Shown here one piece after another: positions 16,940 to 24,940 of a stretch of DNA of 64,000 nucleotides (the stretch's first letter is position 1; every line of letters begins with the position of its first letter). This DNA is from Christensenellaceae bacterium Phil7 (GTDB lineage: Bacteria; Bacillota; Clostridia; Christensenellales; CAG-138): contig MSGV01000023.1 in the NCBI GenBank assembly GCA_001940845.1, forward strand, positions 146,312-210,311. Direction: 5' to 3'. Both the position numbers and the translations under genes were made by a program. The notes under the pieces are model-generated. The model did not search any database. It was not told the DNA's origin and saw only the letters and a program-made list of their open reading frames with translations.

Positions 16940-18790
16940 ATGATTAAGAAACCAACTAAAAAAGAAAAAACAATCAGGCCTAAATATAATATGGGTCAGA
17001 ATGCATGGTTCATGATAAAACTGGCATGGACTTCGAGAGAGAAAAAGGTTCTTGTTCTCAGCCTGCTTTCGGCGTTTTTGGCTGTAGCGCTGAATCTTAT
17101 CAACCTATATGTTTCGCCAACGATATTGTCGGTAGTGGAAAGAGGCGCATCTGTATCGGAGCTCATATGGACAATCGTTTGTTTTGTCCTTGCTTTAATG
17201 CTTGTTTCGGCAGGTTCGTCATATGTGAACACAAACACTTTATATGGAAGAATCAGCGTTCGTCGTGAAATTGTCAATCTGCTGAACAGAAAGATGACAA
17301 TGACTTCATATCAAAATATCAATGATGAAAGGTTCAAGACGCTGAAAATCAAGGTGCAGGAAACGATTGGTTCAAACAGTGCCGCAACTGAAGCCGTTTG
17401 GACTACATTGACGGATCTGACAACCAATATTATCGGTTTTGTGATTTATTTGATTCTGATGTCCTCAATTCAGCCACTTCTGTTGATTGTGATACTTGCT
17501 ACAACAATTATCTCTTATCTTGCAAGTAATCGTTTGAACGGATGGGGATACCGACACATGGAAGAGGAAGTTGAACATTCTACGCAGATCTATTATCTTG
17601 ATCGTTGTTCGAGCAATTTGTCCGTTGCAAAGGACATACGCATTTTCGGTTTGCGTTCCTGGATCGATGAATTATATGCCAAAAGCATAGCAGCCTATAC
17701 GGCGTTTCATAACAAAGCACAGAGCGTTTATATTTGGGCAAGCATTGTTGACCTTATACTTACATTCCTTCGCAATGCGTTGGCATACGCATATCTTATC
17801 GGACTTGTAATTTCAGGCGGACTCAGTGTATCGGAGTTTCTGCTGTTCTTCAGTGCTGTAGGTGGCTTTACTGCCTGGGTATCAGGTATTCTCGGAGGCT
17901 TTAATACGCTTCATAAGCAATCCTTGGATATTTCTACAGTTCGTGAATGCCTTGAATATCCCGAACCGTTTAAATTTGAGGATGGAGAACATATCGAAGC
18001 TGAAGCAAACAGACTATATGAAATCAGACTTGAAAATGTATCCTACCGCTATCCCAATGCAGATAAAGATACGCTCACGGGTATTGATCTCACACTCCAT
18101 CCCGGGGAAAAGTTAGCGGTGGTAGGCTTGAACGGCGCAGGTAAGACTACGCTTATCAAGTTGATCTGCGGTTTCCTCGATCCTACCGAGGGGCGTATTC
18201 TCCTTGATGGAAAGGATATTCGAACTTTTAATCGCAGAGATTACTATATGATGTTCTCTGCAGTTTTCCAAGAGTTCTCGCTCCTTGCCGGTACGATTGC
18301 AACCAATGTGGCGCAGGACAGCGTTGGTATGGATATGGATCGTGTTAAGGAATGTGTTGACAAAGCTGGACTCCGCAAGAAAGTCGAGTCATTGAAGGAT
18401 GGATATGAAACATATCTGAATCGAGAAGTTTATGAGGATGCCATACTTCTTTCAGGTGGTGAAACACAGCGGCTTATGCTTGCCCGTGCACTATATAAAG
18501 ACGCACCTTTCATTGTCCTTGACGAGCCGACTGCGGCACTCGATCCTATCGCAGAGTCGGATATGTATCAGAAGTACAATGAAATGACAAGTGGTAAATC
18601 ATCTGTTTACATTTCTCACCGGCTTGCTTCCACACGCTTCTGCGACCGCATCATTATGATTGCAGACGGCGGTATCATTGAAGAAGGAACGCATGAGGAA
18701 CTTTTGAAAGCGGGCGGCAAGTATGCCGAACTCTATCAGGTTCAGAGCAAATACTACAAAAAAGGAGATGGTGAAAATGAAGCGAAGTGA
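16940..18790 (+). CDS. ABC exporter, fused permease/ATP-binding protein
   Basis: 6-TM domain plus NBD (Walker A GLNGAGKTT, signature LSGGETQR, Walker B IVLDEPT). Start uncertain among GTG 16904, ATG 16928 and ATG 16940. Confidence 0.9.
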   Translation: MIKKPTKKEKTIRPKYNMGQNAWFMIKLAWTSREKKVLVLSLLSAFLAVALNLINLYVSPTILSVVERGASVSELIWTIVCFVLALMLVSAGSSYVNTNTLYGRISVRREIVNLLNRKMTMTSYQNINDERFKTLKIKVQETIGSNSAATEAVWTTLTDLTTNIIGFVIYLILMSSIQPLLLIVILATTIISYLASNRLNGWGYRHMEEEVEHSTQIYYLDRCSSNLSVAKDIRIFGLRSWIDELYAKSIAAYTAFHNKAQSVYIWASIVDLILTFLRNALAYAYLIGLVISGGLSVSEFLLFFSAVGGFTAWVSGILGGFNTLHKQSLDISTVRECLEYPEPFKFEDGEHIEAEANRLYEIRLENVSYRYPNADKDTLTGIDLTLHPGEKLAVVGLNGAGKTTLIKLICGFLDPTEGRILLDGKDIRTFNRRDYYMMFSAVFQEFSLLAGTIATNVAQDSVGMDMDRVKECVDKAGLRKKVESLKDGYETYLNREVYEDAILLSGGETQRLMLARALYKDAPFIVLDEPTAALDPIAESDMYQKYNEMTSGKSSVYISHRLASTRFCDRIIMIADGGIIEEGTHEELLKAGGKYAELYQVQSKYYKKGDGENEAK

Positions 18791-20660
18791 AAACAAAATG
18801 ACCTTGGGCAGAGCGTTCAGGGCAAACAATCGAGCGTTCAAGCTTATTTATAATCACTATCCGCAGATGGTTCTTTCTCATTTGATAAGCGTAGTGTGGA
18901 ACGCTCTCACACCCTACATTGGGATTTTCCTCTCTGCACTCGTGATCGACGAGCTTGTAGGAAATAGAGATGTAAAACAGATTCAAATGCTCGTTGTCAT
19001 CGCACTTGCTGCTGCTGCGATCATCGCTTTGGGAACGGCGTTCCTTAATAAATGGAAAGAAACACAGAATGCAGGCTGGTGGCTGAAAATCGAACATATC
19101 GTTTCGGAAAAAATGATTGATACCGATTATGTCAATCTTGATGATACACATACTGCCGAAATGCTATCCACCATTCGCCAGAACTTTAATGGCGGCGGTT
19201 GGGGGCTTGGCAGAGTGGTTGCGTATTACGGGGAACTATTTTCCTCTGTCTTTACGATTCTCGGCGGTCTTGCTCTTACAATTTCGCTGTTCGTCATCAA
19301 AGTTCCAGCTGACAAAGGTACTTTTACAGTATTCAATAATCCCTTTGTAGTCCTTGGCATTATTCTTCTGATGTTGGCAGTTACTTTTGTTGCTCCTATG
19401 CTCAATAACAAAGCAGATAGCTATTATGCAAAGCACGCAAATTCCCATAATCTTGGAAATCGTCTGTGTAGCTTTTTTGGTTATCTTGGTTATTACGGTG
19501 CTCTCGCAACCGATGTGAGAATGTATCGCCAAGATAAGATATGCGAAAGATATAATAATGACAAAGAAGATACATTCGGTTCTAATGGATTATTTGCCCA
19601 TTACGCAAGAGGCCCTATGGGGTTATATAGGGCCGCAGGAGCTGCAGTTTCGGTCATCTTTACAGGACTAGTTTATGTTTTTGTTTGCCTCAAAGCCTTG
19701 GCAGGTGCATTTGGTCTTGGCTTGGTAACACAGTATGTTGCATCTATCGCAAAAGTATCGGGCGGTATGTCGAGCCTTGTATCTAATATCGGTCTTATGT
19801 GCAACAACACCCCATTTCTTGAACTAACCTTTGAGTACCTTGATATTCCCAACAATATGTATCAGGGAAGTCTGACCGTTGAAAAGCGCCGTGACCGAAA
19901 ATATAAGGTGGAGTTCCGCAACGTCTCTTTCAAATATCCTGGCAGCGATAGCTATGCCCTTCGCAACGTGAATATGAAGTTTGAAATCGGAAAGAGGCTT
20001 GCAGTTGTAGGTATGAACGGAAGCGGAAAGACCACTTTTATCAAACTGCTGTGCCGCTTGTACGATCCCACTGAGGGTGAAATTCTGCTCAATGGTATTG
20101 ATATTCGCAAGTACAATTATCGTGAATATATGGACATCTTCTCCGTCGTGTTCCAGGACTTCAAACTGCTCAGCTTGAAGCTGGGTGAAAACGTAGCGGG
20201 AACGATTGATTACGATAAAGATCTTGTTATAGACTGTCTTAAAAAAGCAGGTTTCACAGATAGATTTATCAAAATGAAAGATGGCACGGAAACTTATCTC
20301 TATAAAGACTACGACTACAAAAATGGCGTGGATGTTTCCGGCGGCGAAGCACAGAAAATTGCCATTGCTCGTGCGCTTTACAAGAATGCTCCATTCATTA
20401 TTCTCGATGAGCCCACGGCCGCACTTGACCCCATTGCCGAAGCGGAGATTTACGAAAAGTTTGACGGCATCGCTGGCGACAAGACGGCCATCTATATTAG
20501 TCATCGTCTATCCTCCTGCAAGTTCTGCGATGAGATAGCCGTGTTCCATGAGGGCGCAGTCATTCAGCAGGGAACTCATGCGGAGCTTGTTTCGGATGAG
20601 AGCGGAAAGTATTATGAACTCTGGAATGCACAGGCACAGTATTACGTCGAACGGTCATAA
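18777..20660 (+). CDS. ABC exporter, fused permease/ATP-binding protein (heterodimer partner)
   Basis: Start MKRSENK is 9 nt after AAAGGAG and overlaps the upstream stop by 14 nt. Walker A GMNGSGKTT, signature VSGGEAQK, Walker B IILDEPT. Confidence 0.9.
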   Translation: MKRSENKMTLGRAFRANNRAFKLIYNHYPQMVLSHLISVVWNALTPYIGIFLSALVIDELVGNRDVKQIQMLVVIALAAAAIIALGTAFLNKWKETQNAGWWLKIEHIVSEKMIDTDYVNLDDTHTAEMLSTIRQNFNGGGWGLGRVVAYYGELFSSVFTILGGLALTISLFVIKVPADKGTFTVFNNPFVVLGIILLMLAVTFVAPMLNNKADSYYAKHANSHNLGNRLCSFFGYLGYYGALATDVRMYRQDKICERYNNDKEDTFGSNGLFAHYARGPMGLYRAAGAAVSVIFTGLVYVFVCLKALAGAFGLGLVTQYVASIAKVSGGMSSLVSNIGLMCNNTPFLELTFEYLDIPNNMYQGSLTVEKRRDRKYKVEFRNVSFKYPGSDSYALRNVNMKFEIGKRLAVVGMNGSGKTTFIKLLCRLYDPTEGEILLNGIDIRKYNYREYMDIFSVVFQDFKLLSLKLGENVAGTIDYDKDLVIDCLKKAGFTDRFIKMKDGTETYLYKDYDYKNGVDVSGGEAQKIAIARALYKNAPFIILDEPTAALDPIAEAEIYEKFDGIAGDKTAIYISHRLSSCKFCDEIAVFHEGAVIQQGTHAELVSDESGKYYELWNAQAQYYVERS

Positions 20661-20685
20661 GGCCATGAAATTATCAGAATAAAAG

Positions 20686-20716
20686 GCCGAGTCCGATTTA
20701 CCCGGGCTCGGCTTTT
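20686..20716. terminator. bidirectional terminator between the ABC operon and mtaD
   Basis: GCCGAG...CTCGGC stem flanked by AAAA and TTTT. Confidence 0.6.
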
Positions 20717-20735
20717 CTGCTTCAATAATTATCAA

Positions 20736-22052
20736 TTATCGGTTTATAATGAGCGGCACAGCAACATTATATATATCATGAAACGCTCTTTCGATATCAA
20801 TGCTGAACCATTCTCCGTTTTTATAGAGTATCCTTCCCTGAACCATGGTCAAGCATACATCAGAACCATTTGCAGCATATACTGCAGCGGAAATGGGGTC
20901 ATATATCGGTTGAAGTCTGGGATTATGGACATCCAGCATAATCAGATCTGAATCATAACCGACCTTCAGCATACCAATTTCATCTTCACGTCCCTGGGCA
21001 TACGCTCCATTTACCGTTGCAAGCTTTAATGCATCATATGCAGGCAGTGAGGTTGGATCGAGGCTGCTCCCCTTTGCGAGCAAGGAAGCAAGCTTGATCT
21101 CTTCAAAGAGATCCAAATTATTGTTTGAGGCACACCCATCCGTGCCGATAGAAACATTGATATCACGCTTTAAAAGTTCGCTTACACGCGCAATACCGCT
21201 CGCGAGTTTTAAATTGGATACGGGATTATGTGCTACGCTTGCGCCCCTCTTTGCAAGGATATCCATATCCTCATCGGTCAGCCAGCAGCCGTGGGCAGCA
21301 AGCACTCGATTTTCGAAAACTCCATATTTATCCAGTATTTGTACAGGCGTCATACCATGGCGTTCGATACAGCCAAGCTGCTCGCCCTGTGTTTCGGAAA
21401 CATGTATCTGAGTGACAAGTTCATGCTTTGAGGCAAGAGAAGCTAGTTTTTCCCACACATCGGGGCGAGAGGTGTATTCGCCATGTATTGAGACATCTGC
21501 CCTTATTCGCCCATTGGCTGCTCCATGCCAATCCCTGATGAGTTCAAACGTTTCCCAAACCCCGCGATCGGTATCAAAATCAAAATCGTCGGATAGCGCA
21601 GTGACTCCGTTGCCCAGAGAAGCGCGAATGCCGATTTCTTCGATAACCCTTGCGGCTGATGGTTCAAAGAAATACATATCCGAAAAGGAGGTAGTTCCGC
21701 TTGCAAGCATTTCAGCAGCACTAAGCCTGACGCCCGATAGCACCGCTGCTTCCGTTAATCGCCCTTCTGCCGGAAATATTTTATCAAACAACCAAGTATT
21801 CAGATTGTAATCATCAGCATATCCACGAAGAACGCTCATTGCAGCATGGCAATGGGTGTTTATGAGTCCGGGCAGGATGATATTGCCCCTTGCATCGATG
21901 ATATCGGCCGCATTATATACCATGGGAGGCTCGTCCTTGCCTATAAAAGCTATTTTTCCATTTTTTATGCCAATGCATCCCATATCTATTATAGGGGCTG
22001 CATCATCCATAGTGATGATCCTTGCATTGCGGATCAGCGTATCAAACATCAA
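20736..22052 (-). CDS. mtaD: amidohydrolase, 5'-methylthioadenosine/S-adenosylhomocysteine deaminase
   Basis: 438 aa. GLINTHCHAAMS metal-binding motif and MtaD/TrzA-like sequence throughout. 4-nt overlap with punA. Confidence 0.8.
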   Translation of the reverse strand: MMFDTLIRNARIITMDDAAPIIDMGCIGIKNGKIAFIGKDEPPMVYNAADIIDARGNIILPGLINTHCHAAMSVLRGYADDYNLNTWLFDKIFPAEGRLTEAAVLSGVRLSAAEMLASGTTSFSDMYFFEPSAARVIEEIGIRASLGNGVTALSDDFDFDTDRGVWETFELIRDWHGAANGRIRADVSIHGEYTSRPDVWEKLASLASKHELVTQIHVSETQGEQLGCIERHGMTPVQILDKYGVFENRVLAAHGCWLTDEDMDILAKRGASVAHNPVSNLKLASGIARVSELLKRDINVSIGTDGCASNNNLDLFEEIKLASLLAKGSSLDPTSLPAYDALKLATVNGAYAQGREDEIGMLKVGYDSDLIMLDVHNPRLQPIYDPISAAVYAANGSDVCLTMVQGRILYKNGEWFSIDIERAFHDIYNVAVPLIINR

Positions 22053-22873
22053 GCCATCCTCCCGAGAAAGTCTATTACGTACTTGCAGAATCTTTCACTA
22101 GCGGCCTTGCCCGCTGCAATGACCTCATCACCATCAAGCGGCTTATCAAGAATGCCTGCTGCCATATTGGTAATTAGGGTGATGCCAAGTATGCGCATGC
22201 CGCAATGCCGCGCTGCTATACACTCGGGAACGGTGCTCATACCAACGGCATCTGCTCCAAGAATGCGCATAGCACGGATCTCTGCCGGAGATTCATACTG
22301 AGGGCCGGTACAATAATAATATATGCCACGATGTACGTTTTCATCGTATGTTTCGGCCACATCGGCAAAAAGTTGCATATATTCACGATCAAAAACCTTG
22401 CTCATGTCCGGAAATCTGGGGCCAAACTCATCGAGATTAGGACCGATAAGTGGATTTACAAGATTTAACTTAATGAAGTCTTCTATCAGCATTATATCGC
22501 CGCAGTTAAAATCGGTATTTATACCTCCGGCTGCGTTGGTTATTATCAATTTATCGATACCGATAAGCTTAGCAAGCCTTATTGGATAAGCTATCTGCTC
22601 GGCAGTCCAGCCCTCGTAGAAATGAAGCCTACCCTGCATTATCAGCACGTTTTTGCCTCCAAGCTGGCCTGCGATGAAGCGTCCCTTATGCCCGAGCGCA
22701 GTGCTTATACCCATATTGGGGATTGCGCCGTAATCGATGATTGTGGGGGAGGCAACATATTCGCCCAAATCGCCAAGACCTGAACCGAGTATTATGAGCA
22801 CTTCCGGCTTGAAGCCGCATAGCTTGTCCTCTAATATGGAAGCAGAATTACGGTAATCCTCTATTTTATACAT
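22049..22873 (-). CDS. punA: purine nucleoside phosphorylase (trimeric PNP/MTAP family)
   Basis: 274 aa from MYKIEDYRNS (RBS GGAGGA). ILGSGLG, GRLHFYEGW, VGMSTVPE motifs. Confidence 0.85.
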   Translation of the reverse strand: MYKIEDYRNSASILEDKLCGFKPEVLIILGSGLGDLGEYVASPTIIDYGAIPNMGISTALGHKGRFIAGQLGGKNVLIMQGRLHFYEGWTAEQIAYPIRLAKLIGIDKLIITNAAGGINTDFNCGDIMLIEDFIKLNLVNPLIGPNLDEFGPRFPDMSKVFDREYMQLFADVAETYDENVHRGIYYYCTGPQYESPAEIRAMRILGADAVGMSTVPECIAARHCGMRILGITLITNMAAGILDKPLDGDEVIAAGKAASERFCKYVIDFLGRMA

Positions 22874-22884
22874 AAATCCTCCAG

Positions 22885-23151
22885 TTAAAGCAGTTGAATT
22901 ATAAGAAGCAGAATAACACCGGGTACGCCTAAGATTCCCGTGACCAATGCCGTTACCCAAGTTATCGGTATCGCAAACATTCCCAGACTGAGAATCCCAG
23001 CGAATATGAAATTGAATATGAGAAGGATCACAATGCCGATCAATGCATTGATAAGGAGCTTAAAGAATATTTTTATGCTCCAATTAAAGAGTTTAAACAA
23101 CACGAAAGTCACCATAATCACGATAATAAAGGTGATAATTCCTCCAGGCAT
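22885..23151 (-). CDS. bofA: pro-sigma-K processing inhibitor BofA
   Basis: 88 aa. C-terminal IPITWVTALVTGILGVPGVILLLII closely parallels B. subtilis BofA IPINLVTTAISGILGIPGIAALVVI. Confidence 0.8.
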   Translation of the reverse strand: MPGGIITFIIVIMVTFVLFKLFNWSIKIFFKLLINALIGIVILLIFNFIFAGILSLGMFAIPITWVTALVTGILGVPGVILLLIIQLL

Positions 23152-23168
23152 GTGCTCCCTCCTTTTTA

Positions 23169-23378
23169 TTATTGCGGAATACCGGGACTATCCTGCATAG
23201 ATATATTCCTGCGCTTATTGAGCAGATACATATATCGCTTTCTTGCCGCTTCGACCTCGTATGCAACGAATTGCACCTCTTCACCGCATGCATCATCGAA
23301 TCGCCGCATGGCGGCCTGCCATGCATCCAATGCAAGCTTAAGTTCATCCCGCTCGAGTTTTTTTCTATTGGCAAACAT
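23169..23378 (-). CDS. YaaL/DUF2508 family protein
   Basis: 69 aa from MFANRKKLERDE (RBS GGAGG 8 nt upstream). The helical DUF2508 pattern and the position next to bofA match the B. subtilis yaaL-bofA arrangement. Confidence 0.65.
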   Translation of the reverse strand: MFANRKKLERDELKLALDAWQAAMRRFDDACGEEVQFVAYEVEAARKRYMYLLNKRRNISMQDSPGIPQ

Positions 23379-23467
23379 CCCAAATTCCTCCATCATGCAT
23401 TTATTTGTTAATTGTATGCATGTGAGAGAAATTTATTCAGACTGCTCAAAGCTAAGAATGCTATTTT

Positions 23468-24706
23468 CTATTTGCCGGAAAGATATGCTTTTTGTTCCGG
23501 CGTAAGCTTATCCAGACCAAGATTCATTGCGTTGAGCTTAAGATTAATGACCTCATCGTCTATCTCTTTTGGTACGGCGTAAAGCCCCGGAGCCATTTGT
23601 CTGCCGTGCATGGCAAGATATCTTGCAGACAGAGCCTGAATAGCAAAGCTGAGATCCATGATCTCTGCCGGATGCCCATTGCCGGCAACTATATTCACAA
23701 GCCTGCCATCCGCAAGCAGATTCAGAATTCTGCCATCGGGCATGGTGTAGCCGGTTATAAAGGGTTTGCGCTCAGAAATATTCACTGCAAGTGAAGCAAG
23801 ATCTTTTTTATTGATCTCGACATCGAAATGACCGGCATTGGCAAGCAGAACATTATTCTTCATCTTTTCGAAATGACGCTTGATTATGACATCGCAGCAT
23901 CCCGTAGCGGTGACAAATATATCTCCGAGTGGTGCAGCATCATCCATCTTCATTACGCGGAAGCCATCCATGGCGGCTTCGAGCGCCCGGAATGGATTGA
24001 CCTCAGTTATGATAACATTTGCACCAAGCCCCTTTGCTCGTATGGCGATTCCGCTGGAGCAGAAGCCGTAGCCCGCAACAACGACCGTTCGGCCTGCAAT
24101 CATATTATTGGTTGAGTACATAATGCCATCCCACACACTTTGCCCTGTGCCGTGACGGTTATCAAAAAGATGCTTGCAATCGGCATCATTGACGGCGAGC
24201 ATGGGGAATGGGAGAGATCCATCGGCGGCTCTGGCTTTAAGCTTATGAATGCCCGTAGTCGTCTCTTCACAGCCTCCGATAAGATTTTCGGCATATTCCG
24301 GATATGATTCGGTGAGCATGGTAACGAATTCACCGCCATCATCAATAATGATATGGGGCTTGAATTCAAGAACCCGGCGAATGTGCTCATAGTATTCTTC
24401 CTCTGACGCACCAAAAAAAGCATGCACATCCATTCCTTCATCAGCCAGAGCTGCACAGATATCATCTTTTGTTGATAGCGGATTGCTGCCCGTAATGGAT
24501 ACCTGCGCTCCGCCATCTCGAAGCAAAAGTCCAAGATAAGCCGTTTTAGCCTCAAGATGGACACAGACGGCTATACGCATGCCTTTAAAGGGCTGCTCAA
24601 TAATAAATCTCTCACGAAGGCGGCTGAGAACAGGCATAAAATCCTTGACCCATTCTATACGCTTTTTACCGAGAGGAGCAAGTGAAATATCTTTTATTGT
24701 ACTCAT
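23468..24706 (-). CDS. ahcY: adenosylhomocysteinase
   Basis: 412 aa from MSTIKDISLA (RBS GGAGAA). NAD-binding VAGYGFCSSG. SAH hydrolase signature regions throughout. Confidence 0.9.
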   Translation of the reverse strand: MSTIKDISLAPLGKKRIEWVKDFMPVLSRLRERFIIEQPFKGMRIAVCVHLEAKTAYLGLLLRDGGAQVSITGSNPLSTKDDICAALADEGMDVHAFFGASEEEYYEHIRRVLEFKPHIIIDDGGEFVTMLTESYPEYAENLIGGCEETTTGIHKLKARAADGSLPFPMLAVNDADCKHLFDNRHGTGQSVWDGIMYSTNNMIAGRTVVVAGYGFCSSGIAIRAKGLGANVIITEVNPFRALEAAMDGFRVMKMDDAAPLGDIFVTATGCCDVIIKRHFEKMKNNVLLANAGHFDVEINKKDLASLAVNISERKPFITGYTMPDGRILNLLADGRLVNIVAGNGHPAEIMDLSFAIQALSARYLAMHGRQMAPGLYAVPKEIDDEVINLKLNAMNLGLDKLTPEQKAYLSGK

Positions 24707-24753
24707 GTTTTTCTCCGTATTCGTAATTCCTCTGCGGTGCAAAGGATATAAAG

Positions 24754-24782
24754 ATTATACCATGCTTTGCGGCTATGCGCAA
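24754..24782 (-). promoter_or_regulatory. sigma-70-type promoter for ahcY
   Basis: Minus strand TTGCGC (complement of 24777-24782), 17 nt, TATAAT (complement of 24754-24759). The leader is only about 45 nt. Confidence 0.5.
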
Positions 24783-24839
24783 TGATGCGCATCAGATTGT
24801 GGCATATATGTGAAATTATGGTTATCGTTCGAAAAACTC

Positions 24840-24869
24840 TTGTAAAAAGAGCGGGAGTTTTGGTATAAT
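24840..24869 (+). promoter_or_regulatory. sigma-70-type promoter for the zinc-ribbon protein gene
   Basis: TTGTAA (24840-24845), 18 nt, TATAAT (24864-24869). Confidence 0.5.
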
Positions 24870-24940
24870 ACGGATGAGCGATCACGCAAAGCTTTTCAGC
24901 TTTATTACTGTGTATTATCCACAAACTGGAGGTATAGCAG

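Noticed and set aside
24707-24760. Possible SAH or SAM riboswitch in the ahcY leader.
   Set aside because: The promoter mapped by eye leaves only about 45 nt of leader with no conserved riboswitch helices, which is too short.
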